Part shown: positions 22,995 through 35,928 of the stretch, piece after piece
How the letters are laid out: every line of letters starts with the position of its first letter
Numbering within the stretch: position 1 is the first letter of the stretch
Source of the DNA: Octopus bimaculoides
Lineage: Eukaryota
DNA length: 48,684 bases
NCBI RefSeq assembly: GCF_001194135.2
Contig: NC_068987.1
Span: forward strand, 108,226,309 to 108,274,992
Direction: 5' to 3'
Position numbers and translations under genes: made by a program
The notes under the pieces: generated by a model
The model's input: only the letters and a program-made list of their open reading frames with translations
What the model was told of the DNA's origin: nothing
Database searches by the model: none

Positions 22995-23060
22995 TTTGTA
23001 ATGCAAGAGCGGTGAACTTCTCCACGATCTTCCGTACATATATCAATGCATACCTCTCCT
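22995..23060 (-). mobile_element. Short LINE 3' fragment duplicated with the ncRNA unit
   Basis: Matches 14480-14535 (..CATATATCAATGCATACCTCTCC) at the same position in the spacer. Confidence 0.55.
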
Positions 23061-23355
23061 ATGTTCTATATATTCTGGGATCACATTAAAGCTTTGCGGG
23101 GGGGGGGTGCTATTTTATTTGAATTTTCACTATTAGGTAACTAATTTCATATAACTAACTTCACAATTTGGTTAGTCATAACTTATTGGGAATTCCTAAG
23201 GACAAGATTCTATGTAAGGCAGTTCGGTATTCTCGCTAATTGCGCAAAAACCGTTTTTAGGGTTACATACTTTGTATTGCTGTTATTGGATTAGCGAAAC
23301 AATTATGAGAACGGAACCAAGGCATTCCCGGGAATTACCGGGTACGTCAACCAGA

Positions 23356-23390
<35 letters not shown>

Positions 23391-23514
23391 TCATGTCTGA
23401 GGGTGCACCGTAGAATCTGCATTACAAGAAACTAGAGTCAAAGAATCTTATAGCTACAAAAATCACATTCTCTAATCGCTGACACAGGAAAAAACTTATT
23501 CCCTCGCAGCGAGC

Positions 23515-23550
23515 GGCATCCATATAATACCTGCGCTAACAATAGTTACC
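23515..23550 (-). pseudogene. Internally deleted copy M of the panhandle ncRNA family
   Basis: Minus: intact upstream module (GGTATAGATGCATATACTTATAAATAGACTATTTT), then GGTAACTATTGTTAGCGCAGGTA fused to TTATATGGATGCC, a 3' arm like that of copy D. Confidence 0.55.
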
Positions 23551-23855
23551 TGTTCGGCTTTCACAAAATAGTCTATTTATAAGTATATGCATCTATACCT
23601 AAGCACACATACACACACACACACACACAAATACACACTGACCGCATTGCATGTATGACTACTATATAACTACATATAAGTATGCATAAATACATGCATA
23701 CTTACATACATACGTACACGCAGATATGAAGGGGTTTTTTTCTCTGGAGGGGGACGATTTTATGCTCCATTATTAGACTATTTTCCTTAGTCATGGCACG
23801 GCGATCGACAGAAGCACGATGGTTATACAAAGATACCATTATTATTATTATTTAC

Positions 23856-24030
23856 AGGATGGTCTTAACCCGTTGATGTGGAAGTTTCCAAGGATAGTCT
23901 GGACAGGTTTCTCTCTGAGATACCAGAGGAACCCACATCGAGGCAGGTAACCCCAAAAAGAGCAGCTTCTTCCAACTCGCTACTAGACCAGGAACACTAT
24001 CGGAAACAACACCGAGTAATTACAGGTTGT
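23856..24030 (+). mobile_element. LINE ORF2 extreme C-terminal fragment
   Basis: VDVEVSKDSLDRFLSEIPEEPTSRQ..RAASSNSLLDQ resembles the LDxFLxxIPDxP..AAxSNSL end of CR1/L2-like ORF2. Confidence 0.6.
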
Positions 24031-24430
24031 GTTCTAGCATCATATCTGCACGAGGCTGAAACCAGTAAAAGGAAATACATATATATAGCTATATTAAGAC
24101 TGACAGCGAGATATATATAGAAGCAACACAGAATCTTAACACGTAATTGCCAACCAGGTGTGGCGTCCTATATGGGACAGTGATACTGACGTTTATAGAC
24201 CCATGCTGGCCTGTCTTCTCGCCGGCTATCAACACATATTCTGTGTCGGATTAGTATTTGCGAGATGAGGTCATCGCTCCTATAACTAGCCTTACGTGAT
24301 ACACACGGTCTCGAGTTTCTGTGTGGTTACAACTCCTCAGCGTATATATATATACATATATATATGTTATGGACCATCATATATTATAAACCCGTTGATG
24401 CATCATATCCGCCCGAGGCTGAAACAAGTA

Positions 24431-24535
<105 letters not shown>

Positions 24536-25107
24536 ACCTAAATATTATCGATGAACGCTGCATTATTCGTGTAGCAGAAGCCCAGTATATCTTTCCTTCT
24601 TAGTCGGTGAAGCACTATATACTCCATAATGAATATGTTTCCGATGTCAAGAAGAGATTCTGCAATAACATAGCCGTGTAAAAGCGTTCCTCAACCCATT
24701 CTCTATTAGGAAGGATGAAGTCCCTTAGGAAATGTATCTGCAGTCTGTCATCGAGATTGGTTAACGCTTCTATCATTTTTTGGAGGCTCTTCTCAAATGA
24801 ATTCCCATGAAATGTAAAACCTGGTAAGCCATATGTACTTCATATTGATTCTTTTTTTGTCTCATGTAAACTACTAGAGACTCATAGAATGAGTTTGAGT
24901 GTGACAGCAGGACAACAATTACATATTGCAAACCGTGGAGCATATATTTCATCATATATTTATCTATCCTTTCTGTTTTGGATAACAGTAAAATTGCTTT
25001 CGTTTTTGTGTTTTTTCTTTACATCACAGTTACATAGCTACCTCTAATATCACATCTTATAACACTATTTTGAAATATTTTGCACATACGAAAAAAAAAT
25101 ATATCAC

Positions 25108-25209
25108 GGTAGCCATTATTCTTCAAGGAATACGAACCAGCATTGCATAGATTCGAATGCTCTAAATATAATTCGTTCGGTTCTATCACCTGCGCTAACA
25201 ATGGCTACC
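25108..25209 (-). ncRNA. Panhandle ncRNA family copy N
   Basis: Minus: GGTAGCCATTGTT pairs 13/13 with AATAATGGCTACC. A-box TAGCGCAGGTGA, GGTTCGTATTCC, TATAAA (25235-25240 rc), T9 downstream (25091-25099). Confidence 0.75.
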
Positions 25210-25419
25210 TGTTCGTTGTTTGCAAAATAGTCTATTTATAAGTATATGCATCCATACCCAAGCACACACACACACGCTCTCACCGCATTGCATGTATTAC
25301 TATTGTATAAATACATATAAGTATGCATTAATATATGCTTCACGTTGTCTTAGCTTTCAATTGATGCCACCACGCTGGCCAGGCGATCAGCGTTACAATC
25401 TCTGATGAGGCTTAACCAT

Positions 25420-25555
25420 TTACTGCTGAGTTGGTTGGAAGAACGTGAAATGAGGTGCCTTACTCATGAATACAAAGCGCCGCTTGCTCCGGAATCGAGC
25501 TCATGATGTAGCGATCTTGAGTGTAATACTTTATTCAGTAGTCCACGTGCCTTCA
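25420..25555 (-). mobile_element. Degenerate tRNA-derived SINE
   Basis: rc head GAAGGCACGTGGAC..GAGCTCGATTCCGG; similar to 4200-4342. Confidence 0.55.
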
Positions 25556-25572
25556 TAGGCACACACGTATAT

Positions 25573-26056
25573 TTTTTGACTTGTTTCAGTCATTTGACTG
25601 CGGCCATGCTGGAGCACCGCCGTTAGTCGAGCAAATCGACTCCAGGACTTATTCTCTGTAAGCCAAGTACTTATTATATCGCTCTCTTTTGCCGAACCGC
25701 TAGGTTACGGGGACGTAAGCACACCAACATCGGTTGTCAAGAGATGTTGGGTGAGCAAACACAGACACACAAACATATACACACACATACATACACACAC
25801 ATATATATATACATATATACGACGGGCTTCTTTCAGTTTCCGTCTACCAAATCCACTCACAGGGCTTTGGTCGGCCCGAGGCTATAGTAGAAGACACTTG
25901 CCCAAGGTTCCGCGCAGTGNNNNNNNNNNNNNNNNNNNNNNNNNNNNNNNNNNNNNNNNNNNNNNNNNNNNNNNNNNNNNNNNNNNNNNNNNNNNNNNNN
26001 NNNNNNNCATGACGTTGGTAAACAAACTACTTACCACACAGCCACTCCTATGCTTA
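25573..26056 (-). mobile_element. tRNA-derived SINE, family 1
   Basis: High similarity to 10325-10902 and 47610-47963. Confidence 0.85.
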
Positions 26057-26106
26057 GCTACTTACCACACAGCCAGTACACCCCCAACACACACACACAC
26101 ACCCCC

Positions 26107-26155
<49 letters not shown>

Positions 26156-26613
26156 TCATTCAGCTAGAATGCATGATATCCCCCTCAGTTTGTCCTGGTT
26201 TTACAGCAATTTCTTGTGCGTATTGTTTTGTACCGACTAGCCTGATCGGTGTCGTTTCTTTAACATTCGTGAGCTATAGTTACATTTAACCGAAAATTCA
26301 TTTTATATTAATTGTATTTTACATATATCTTATTACAGTCTGTGAAAATAATATATTAATTACGTTGGTTCTCTGATAATTAATGTGTTTTCGTTTTTCG
26401 GTCAAGCATTAATTTTCATTTATGTAATCAATATTTTGAGTGAGATACATTTCTTATTTCTCTGTAAAGTATAGCTTTCTCTTTCCAAACATTCATCTTA
26501 ATGATTTTGTTCGAAAAATACAGGAAACTCTGTTCAAATATATTCACCTTCAAAATATATTTGCCCTGAGTCTTCTTCACAAATCATTTTCACGAATACA
26601 GTTTATAGTAGTT

Positions 26614-26830
26614 TAGGCGGCGAGCTGTCATAATCGCTGGCGCACTGGTAAAATGCCGTGAGATGTTTGTTCCGGCTGTTTACATTCTGAGTTTAATCTC
26701 AACAAAGGTAGCGTTGCCTTTCATCCTTCCCTATTCATTGAAATAAAATACCAGTCAAACATTTGAAATGATTTACTCGTTTAACCCATTAATTCATACT
26801 TAAGACCTTGTTTCTATTGTAAAAACAAAT
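26614..26830 (+). mobile_element. tRNA-derived SINE, family 2 (degenerate)
   Basis: AGGCGGCGAGCTG..AATCG..TTCTGAGTTTAATC..TTGCCTTTCATCCTT. Confidence 0.65.
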
Positions 26831-27721
26831 AATTTATAGTATGTAGTAGCTGTAATACTTTATATATAAGGGATTGACAAATCATTAGTTCGATAGAGAA
26901 AAATGATTTGTGATTTACCGGCAAGTTGATCACTGTTTATGTCATATAGTATTCGACTTTGGTTTTTAACTTTCCGGAATGATGAGCAGAAGCCGATCGC
27001 TATTGAACTGATATAATCGACTCAAGTCTCGGGCCTTTGTGCTTAGATAAAAAAAATAATCTGAGTTCAAATCACACCACAACCAAGTTTACTTTTCCTC
27101 TTTTCGAGAATGTTAAAACATGCTGCAAGTCACGTTCTCCTCCAGATTGTTCTCCTCTCCCAAAATTTCTTACCTTGGGCCAAATATTAGTAGAAATAGT
27201 AGAATAATTTTATTAGTATTTATCAATATTTAGCCAAGTATTACTAAAATTTTGAGGTCACATGGTACTATAATTTAAGCAAAGAGCATTTTAAAGAAAT
27301 TACCTCTTTCTAACCTAATGTAGTTGCTATTGTGATTTCAATATCTTATTTCTGTGTACGAGAATATAATCATTATAATAATATGCTAAGGTTCCTAGTT
27401 GCCTGAAGAGTGTGTTCATAGACTCAATTGTATTGATCGATATTATATACAAATAGCAAATTCAGAAGAAGGTATGAACATCGTACAATCAAGTGTTCTT
27501 CATCTAAAAATTGTATCTGAAATATCAATCAAGACTTTGCATACAAAATTAATGCCTGTTAACACGGCATCAGAAATGGTAAAACTGACGTTAATCCAAA
27601 AGGTAAATATATAATTACGAACTGAGAATTACATATCTCAGAAAATTTGACAATCCAGTTGCCTATAACTCACCAGCAATCACTGATAACAAAACGCACG
27701 CAACTAAATTAATTTAACTAG

Positions 27722-27766
<45 letters not shown>

Positions 27767-28174
27767 GTGTATATATATATAATGTATGTATGTATGTGTG
27801 TAAATATATATATATATATATATACACACATACATACATACATTATATATATNNNNNNNNNNNNNNNNNNNNNNNNNNNNNNNNNNNNNNNNNNNNNNNN
27901 NNNNNNNNNNNNNNNNNNNNNNNNNNNNNNNNNNNNNNNNNNNNNNNNNNNNNNNNNNNNNNNNNNNNNNNNNNNNNNNNNNNNNNNNNNNNNNNNNNNN
28001 NNNNNNNNNNNNNNNNNNNNNNNNNNNNNNNNNNNNNNNNNNNNNNNNNNNNNNNNNNNNNNNNNNNNNNNNNNNNNNNNNNNNNNNNNNNNNNNNNNNN
28101 NNNNNNNNNNNNNNNNNNNNNNNNNNNNNNNNNNNNNNNNNNNNNNNNNNNNNNNNNNNNNNNNNNNNNNNNNN

Positions 28175-28222
<48 letters not shown>

Positions 28223-28467
28223 TGTATCATAGCCAGCTATGGATTCTAATGAAATGATACCAACATACGGATCCTCCTCGTATACGGTACTGCACATGGA
28301 TTTTTAAATACTTGTTTTTGTGCAATTTAAATTGCACTACATAAACATACCAGCCAACCTATATACATACACACATACATGCATACATGCATACATACAT
28401 ACATAAATACGTAGGTGTGTGTGTGTGTTCTTACATACACACATATACACGCGCGTACATATGCACC

Positions 28468-28874
28468 TCTTTTCTTTTAGTCTTTTCGATTTATTTGTAT
28501 CAGTCAATAGGCTGCGGCCATGCTGGGGTACAGCCTACAGGAATATTAGTCGAACGAATCGAACCCTAGTATTATTTCTCCTTTAAATGCCTCGTACTTA
28601 ATTTATCGGCCTCTTTTGCTGCTGAACATCCTGGTTACGGAAACCTAAACATGCTATCACCGATTGTCAAGAGGAAGCGGGGAACAAACTCAGGCAGAAA
28701 CACACACGACGGGCTTCTTTCAGTTTCCATCTACATAGACACTCTCGTGTCTTTGGTCGGCCCGAGACCAGAGTAGAAGACGCTTGTTCTAGGTACCATG
28801 TCGTGGGGCTGAAGCCAAAATGATGTGATTGAGAAGCAAGCTCCTTCTTACCACACAGCCACGGCTGCGCCTAT
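28468..28874 (-). mobile_element. tRNA-derived SINE, family 1 (diverged)
   Basis: GCTGCGGCCATGCTGG, GACGGGCTTCTTTCAGTTTCC, TTACCACACAGCCAC motifs. Confidence 0.75.
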
Positions 28875-28989
28875 ATTTCTGCTATTTTGACACGACATAA
28901 CATGTTCAGTTTTTTGTTAATTTCATTTCTAGGAAGAACATGTATATTACACGTGTGTGCTTGTGTGTATGTGTGTTTGTGCGCATGTT

Positions 28990-29150
28990 ACTGTGTACTT
29001 GTGCGTCCTGCGACTTGCTTATGGATCACAGGGTACCGGGTTCAGTCCCACTGCGTGGCACCTTGGGCAAGCGTCTTCTTCTATAGCTTCGGGCCGACCA
29101 AAGCCTTGTGGGTGGATTTGGTAGACGGAAACTGAAAGAAGCCCGTCGTA

Positions 29151-29187
<37 letters not shown>

Positions 29188-29612
29188 NNNNNNNNNNNNN
29201 NNNNNNNNNNNNNNNNNNNNNNNNNNNNNNNNNNNNNNNNNNNNNNNNNNNNNNNNNNNNNNNNNNNNNNNNNNNNNNNNNNNNNNNNNNNNNNNNNNNN
29301 NNNNNNNNNNNNNNNNNNNNNNNNNNNNNNNNNNNNNNNNNNNNNNNNNNNNNNNNNNNNNNNNNNNNNNNNNNNNNNNNNNNNNNNNNNNNNNNNNNNN
29401 NNNNNNNNNNNNNNNNNNNNNNNNNNNNNNNNNNNNNNNNNNNNNNNNNNNNNNNNNNTTACGTCCCCGTAACTTAGCGGTTCGGCAAAAGGAACCGATA
29501 GAATAAGTACTAGGCTTACAAAGAATAAGTCCTGGGGTCGATTTGCTCGACTAAAGGCGGTGCTCCAGCATGGCCACAGTCAAATGACTGAAACAAATAA
29601 AAGAGTAAAAGG
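28990..29612 (+). mobile_element. tRNA-derived SINE, family 1
   Basis: GGGTTCAGTCCCACTGCGTGGCACCTTGGGCAAG..GGAAACTGAAAGAAGCCCGTCG..GCATGGCCACAGTCAAATGACTGAAAC. Confidence 0.85.
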
Positions 29613-29620
29613 ATATAAAC

Positions 29621-29874
29621 CAGTGTTTCTCAACCATTTTCTTCTTAAATATTAACCTCTTTGTTGATTATTTTTCTCGGGCGGATCCTCCTAGCCATTT
29701 AATGTTCAAAACAATCATATATTTTTATGATTAAATATTATTTTTTAAAAAATATTAGACGTTATATGTATTATAGAAGTATAACTAATTTATTGCAGAT
29801 CAATTTTAATAACAAAATCTTATATAGACCCCTCCCCATCCCAGGGCCATATGAATCCCAGTTCAGGACCACTG
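29621..29874. mobile_element. hAT-type MITE, 254 bp
   Basis: TIRs CAGTGTTTCTCAAC / rc CAGTGGTCCTGAAC (11/14). 8-bp TSD ATATAAAC (29613-29620) vs ATATAAGC (29875-29882). Confidence 0.65.
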
Positions 29875-30715
29875 ATATAAGCAAAAAGGAGAAAGCGAGA
29901 ATCCTGTGACAGTCCACTGTTAGTCTTGTTGTCAGAAAATTAGTTAATCTAAATATCCTGGAAAAACCAATAATCAATGTTGCCATAATTTACAAATTGC
30001 AATTACGAAAAAGAAAAAAATAAACAACTAAATCGAACTATTTTGGTGACTTAAAACCTTAATTCGACCAATAGAAATGGAAGGAATTATTGCCGGTATT
30101 TATTTTAGATCGTTACTCTTGCGAATTGAATATGCATATCGATCTTGATATTATCCTCCACAGATATGTAGCTGGAAACACAAATACACTTTATATACTG
30201 AGATCGATACAGCTCTGTGCCTGTGAAAGAAATCAATATTCCGAGATTGAATGGGTCAAATATCTTTTTTTTATTTCAAATTATATAATTTTTTTTCTAA
30301 TTAAATATAAGATGAACAGAATTTTACCAATTACCAGTGAATTGCAGTAATTCATGAACTTAGCAAATTTGACCTACGTCTCAATTATAGATCAAACATT
30401 TTCACAAAATATTAAAATCTTCCAAGCATGAATATCACACTATTGACGTTCTTTGGTCGGATAATTTTTGTTTAAAGATTTGAAAATAATTAAAAAAAGA
30501 ACAATGTGAGATGTATGAAATGCGGCAAAAGAAACAACGTAATATTTATTTGCTGAAACCGGACAACAGAATGCATTTTCGATTTCCACATCAAGACGCA
30601 TCGCTTGAGTTATACAAATAACGATATTGGACTAATCATTAATAGCGCATACTCATATTTTTTCTTCTATAATATGTTCTAAAACAATGTGGGAATATCA
30701 TTAAAGATTCGTTTC

Positions 30716-30950
30716 AAGACGGTAAGCTGGCTGAATCGTTACAGTGCCGGATGAAAATGCTAATGTCTAGCAGCATTTCTTCTGGCTTTATCTGATGCGT
30801 CCAAACACTTCCGAGGTTGACTTTGCAGTTCATCCTTTCGTGGTTGATACAATAAATACCAGTTCGGCGACTGGAGTCAAAGTCGTCGACTAACTCCCTC
30901 CCGCTAAAATTTAGACCTTGTTCCTATGTTACGAAGAATTGTGCCTTTGA
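30716..30950 (+). mobile_element. tRNA-derived SINE, family 2 (degenerate)
   Basis: AAGACGGTAAGCTGGCTGAATCGTT..GAGGTTGACTTTGCAGTTCATCCTTTCG..ATACCAGTT. Confidence 0.7.
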
Positions 30951-31045
30951 TAGAAACATTATTTCCAGATAACGGAATCATTATTATACAATCACAACGC
31001 TGTTATTAATGTAACTTTTAAAATGATTTCAAGTACGATCCCAGT

Positions 31046-31430
31046 GGAGGCGCAATGGCCCAGTGATTAGGGCAGTGGACTCGCGGTCATAGGATCGCGG
31101 TTTTGATTCCTAGACCGGGCGTTGTGAGTGTTTATTGAGCGAAAACACCTAAAGTTCCACGAGGCTCCGGCAGGGGATGGTGGCGAACCCTGCTGAACTC
31201 TTTCACCACAACTTTCTCTCACTCTAACTTCCTGTTTCTGTTGTGCCTGTAATTCAAAGGCCCAGTCTTGTCACACTGTATCACGCTGGATATCCCCGAG
31301 ATCTACGTTAAGGGTACACGTGTCTGTGGAGTGCTCAGCCGCTTGCATGTTAATTTCACGAGCAGGATGTTCCGTTGATCGGATAAACTGGAACCCTCGA
31401 CGTCGTAACCGACGGAGTGCCAACAACAAC
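31046..31430 (+). mobile_element. Full-length tRNA-derived SINE, family 3
   Basis: GGAGGCGCAATGGCCCAGTGATTAGG..GGTTTTGATTCC head, (CAA)n tail, 14-bp TSD AGTACGATCCCAGT (31032-31045) / AGTACAATCCCAGT (31431-31444). Confidence 0.85.
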
Positions 31431-32349
31431 AGTACAATCCCAGTATTTGACTGATATTAGTAGTATCAAGTCTGAATTCTATGATTGCTATATGCTGCAA
31501 GACAAGTTTTGATTGAGCAAATCTCTGGTCAAAGGAGTTCCAAAATGATCTAACCGTTTTCTATATTGTAGTAATGTTAACCAATGCATTCTATATTTAT
31601 GAAAGTAGAGGTTAAATCAGTATGTACAACTTGAAGGTAAAACAGAATATTTCAGGTATTTAAATCACGAGTGCTCAATAATTAATCGGTTGCAGAATGT
31701 TCGTAATGGTTGTGATACATCCTGGTAAACACCCGGAATATTTATAAGGTAAGTCCGTGTTATTGATATTACATTGTAGATTCAGGCAGGTGATCATAAA
31801 TAAAATTCCGAACTGGATGGAAGGAAGGAAAAAGGTGTACTGGCAGTCCCTTACAGCTATTTTAAGTGTAAATGTGCAGTTCTTGCACTTCGTTGCAAGA
31901 CGTCTGCAACCAGAATTTTCCATCTTCTGAGGAAATGTGAGTTAGGATTTAGTGGGAACGAAACCATATGAGCTGGGGGTGGGGGAAGTATACCAAAAGA
32001 AATATTACTTGAAATTTACATATATACACATACATATATAAATACATACATATACATATATATACATATATATATAAAGTGTAGTATATTGCCACTTAAG
32101 TGTGGCTGACCCCTAGGGGTGGATGTTACTGTTGCTTTTAGCCCCAGGAGGACATCTCCTCCAGCTGGCTTATCGACACACGACTGTGTCCTGTTTGCCA
32201 AGGGAGTTATCCCTCTCACCACGACCAGCAGCACGAACGTATCCGGATTTCAGGGTTATTTCCCTTCTTCGGCGTTCGACAGCTGATGACCTTGGTGAGA
32301 GAGAAAAACCTGGCAAAATCTTATATCTTCTTTTCCAGTNNNNNNNNNN

Positions 32350-32389
<40 letters not shown>

Positions 32390-32845
32390 GTGCCTGTGTC
32401 TGTGTGTGTGTGTGTGTGTGTGTATGTCTGTGTCTGTGTGTGTGTTTCTGTGTATATGTGTGTGCGTGTGCATGTACATATATAGTTTTGTATATGTGTG
32501 TATGCATATACGTACGTATGTTATATGTGTGATATGTATATCTTTGCTTTCATGTCTGTTCCCATCACCACTACTGTAAACAAACGAACAGCAGTCGATG
32601 TTGGTTAGTTTATGTCCCGATAACTTAGCATCTTGGCAATAAAGATGAATATCAGATAGGAACCGAACATAAAAATTAATAGTGCTTGATTAAACCCTTC
32701 AAAGTGCTGCTGCACCATGGCCGTAGTTCAATGACAGAAACAAGCAAAACCTTAAAAGATGAGACATAACAAGTTGAAGGCCGAAATCGCTTGTTCCTGC
32801 GCAAAGATTCGTATCAAGAAAGACAAATTGTTTCATAAATCATGG

Positions 32846-33253
32846 TATAGGCTTAGGAATGGTTGTGTGGTAAGTGGCTTGCTTACGAACAACATGGTTC
32901 CGGGTTCAGTCCCACTGCGTGGCACCTTGGGCAAGTGTCTTCTGCTATAGCCTCAGGCCGACCAAAGCCTTGTGAGTAGATTTGGTAGACGGAAACTGAA
33001 AGAATCCCGTTGTATATATGTATATATATATGTATGTGTGTGTGCATGTTTGTGTGTCTGTGTTTGTCCCCCTAACATCACTTGTCAACCGATGCTGGTG
33101 TGTTTACGTCCCTGCAACTTAGCAGTTCGGCAAAATAGTCCGATAGCATAAGTACTAAGTTTTACAAAGAATAAGTCCTGGGGACGATTTGCTCGACTGA
33201 AAGGCGATGCTCCAGCATGGCCACAGTGAAAATGACTGAAACAAGTAAAAGAG
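32846..33253 (+). mobile_element. Full-length tRNA-derived SINE, family 1
   Basis: Head GGAATGGTTGTGTGGTAAG..GGTTCCGGGTTCAGTCCC through tail GACTGAAACAAGTAAAAGAG. Confidence 0.85.
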
Positions 33254-33684
33254 TATATCACTATGAGTAACATAGTAAACGTACTGAGTAGACAAAGGCT
33301 TTATAAAGAAAACCTGTGCAAGATCTCATTTTGGAACATAACTGCACGACTACTTATGGAAGCGAGAGGATGCAAGAAGTAAGGTACAAATTTCAGGGAT
33401 GATAATAGACTGAATAACAGCTTCTAAAGACAGAGTAAAGTTTTGTCATTTCTAGGTCACGAGTAAGTGCGAAATCCTCAATCCTGAACTCAACCTGCCG
33501 TCCTGTTGTTTAACATAATTACAGATACCGCTCCTGAAATTTAGGGACTACAATAGGGTACTATGACAGTGCAGCAGCAGCCAACACATCGACCTTCAAC
33601 TCTCCTGTACTTTTGCACTAAGTCTTCACTTTTTAGCTCACCTCCGCTGTTTACAGCAGTGCTTTAATATAACGTGTGTAACTT

Positions 33685-34157
33685 GTGATCGTTGAATTGA
33701 CCATGAGAGAAAGTTGCCATGGTGATTCCTACTCGGAGGCCTACGCAAAGTTACAGAAAGTGTATGGAGACGAGTGTATGAGCTGTACCCAAGTGTACGA
33801 GTGGTTCAGACATTTGCTAAATGGCCGAAAAAGTCTTGATAGTAACAGGCGTTCTGGGAGACATGCAGCCAGCAGAACTGAGAAAAAATATCGCAGAAAA
33901 ACATCGAAGAAAAACATGTACGTGCAGATGTGATGGGGGAAGTCTTCGAATCAGCATCCGAGAGTTATGAGAGGATGTGCAGAATAGCTACGGTTCAGTT
34001 CAGTCCATTATCACTACAGATCTGGCTACAAAATGCGCATCTGCCATGCTTGTGTGAAACAGCTTTCAGCAAACCAAAAAGACACCCGTGTTTCAGTTGC
34101 ACAAAATATCTTTGATTGTGTCGAGAACGATGACAACTGTTTGAAAACTTTGTGTAG
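33685..34157 (+). mobile_element. Mariner transposase pseudogene (N-terminal HTH region)
   Basis: EAYAKLQKVYGDECMSCTQVYEWFRHLLNGRKSLDSNRRSGR; frameshifted LRISIREL..SYGSVQSIITTDL..KQLSANQKDTRVSVAQNIFDCVENDDNCLKT. Confidence 0.8.
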
Positions 34158-34159
34158 GC

Positions 34160-34395
34160 CTCTGGGTAGATATTGCCAAGCTTTTGGCAAAATTTGATGC
34201 AGATACTCTGCTGACTGGTGCCAAACTGTATCGGCTTTGCCTTTCCCTTGGATAAAATCGGTGGCGTCGAGAAGGGAGTCTGGTATGTATGGAGGACTAG
34301 TGGTCTTCCACGAACAACCTTGATCAGACTTGCGTCTAAGAGGGGGACTTCCTAGGTGCATGGTCATTCATCACCGAAGGCGGTCTTTACCCTTT
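34160..34395 (+). mobile_element. Unclassified interspersed repeat truncating the mariner copy
   Basis: GC-richer block TTTGCCTTTCCCTTGGA..GGTCATTCATCACCGAAGGCGGTCTTTACCC. The family is recalled from octopus repeats and could not be verified here. Confidence 0.35.
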
Positions 34396-34624
34396 ACATT
34401 TTTAACATTTAAAATACATACAAATGAAATATAGGAAATTAAAAACACACAAGCGACTAAGTTTTAAAAATCTTGGTGATAAATGTCACTATAGATAAGG
34501 GCAAATTTAAGAAAGTGCCAGTGGTTGTGGATGTATTTAGCTGCGTGTAGAGTCTGAGCATGCACCTAGAGGTGGCCAGATAAAATTTGATGTTTATTTA
34601 TGAATTATGCCTATGAATGTATGT

Positions 34625-34661
<37 letters not shown>

Positions 34662-35548
34662 NNNNNNNNNNNNNNNNNNNNNNNNNNNNNNNNNNNNNNN
34701 NNNNNNNNNNNNNNNNNNNNNNNNNNNNNNNNNNNNNNNNNNNNNNNNNNNNNNNNNNNNNNNNNNNNNNNNNNNNNNNTTATTATCATGATTGTTTTGG
34801 GGTTTTTTTTTCTTTATTTGAGGCAGCCTGTTTTCAAATAAATATCAGTCAAAGACCAAAATCGATGTAAGCGACTTATCCCTCCCGTAAAATGTCAGGC
34901 CTTTTGCCTATGTAGAAAGGATTGTTCTTCTTTTTCTTCTTCTTCTTCTTCTTATTATTATTATTATATTTTAGTCTCATTTCGGAGCATTTTAGTCACT
35001 AGCTGGGTCTCTACCCGGGACGTATATCTTTTATAACGGTAGGAATTTTCTCGGGCGATGAGCTGTTGACGTTAATGCAATCTTTTGGACATCATGTATA
35101 TTTGATTTTCCAGCTATTTTATCAATGTAGATTGAAAACCATTTTTAACCATATTTAGTTCTCCTACTGCTCCCGGTAGATTAACTGTTTTCAGTTTCCA
35201 CATTCTGCTTTATCTCAAGGTCCTTGTATTCAGCTAACTCTCCGAATTCTCTGACTGAGATTTTTCAAACAGCTGCTCCTGTCATGTCTATTAGATGGCA
35301 AGCAATTTCTCGATGATCTTTGATAATATCAGGACTATTGCCATTTATTTGTCTGTCAAAATGGATGGTAAAAGGCTACACAATATGAGTTCAAATTCGA
35401 GAGTGAGAAATGCCGCTGAGATCAACTTTACCTTTCATTCTTTCGGAGACGATAAAATAATCACCAGTTGAGTAATAGGATCGATCTAATCGATTTATCC
35501 CCTCCCCGAACTTTCTGGTCGTGTGCCAAAATTATTATAATAATATTA

Positions 35549-35620
<72 letters not shown>

Positions 35621-35635
35621 GTTGTTGTTATTATT
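35549..35635. repeat. (ATT)n microsatellite
   Basis: Directly visible. Confidence 0.95.
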
Positions 35636-35815
35636 AAGACGGTGAGCTGGTAGAATCGTTAGAACTCCGGACATGATACTTAGCGGCATTTTATCCGTCT
35701 TTACGTTGTGAGTCTTAATTCCGCCGAGGTCCACTTTACGTTTCATTCTTTCAGGGTCGATCGACTAAGTACCAGTTGAGTAATGGTGTCAGTGTAATCA
35801 ATTTGCCCCTCTTAA
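35636..35815 (+). mobile_element. tRNA-derived SINE, family 2
   Basis: AAGACGGTGAGCTGGTAGAATCGTTAG..CCGCCGAGGTCCACTTT..GGGTCGAT..GTACCAGTTG. Confidence 0.75.
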
Positions 35816-35928
35816 CTTTTTAGACCGGTCGGGTTCAATTTTAGTATTCTCGTTTTAGAGAGCAGTCCAGTTTATTTCAGATATTCCCGTTTTTAATAAT
35901 CTCTGGCTAATCGCTGAGAGGACGTTGG

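Noticed and set aside
24545-24780. Possible highly decayed RT motifs on minus (..FIMEYIV..GFCYTNN)
   Set aside because: Too degenerate to support without a homology search.
27676-27700. 9-nt minus-strand microexon (TTATCAG|TGATTGCTG|GTGAGT)
   Set aside because: Signals this short are expected by chance in 48 kb, and there is no supporting gene context.
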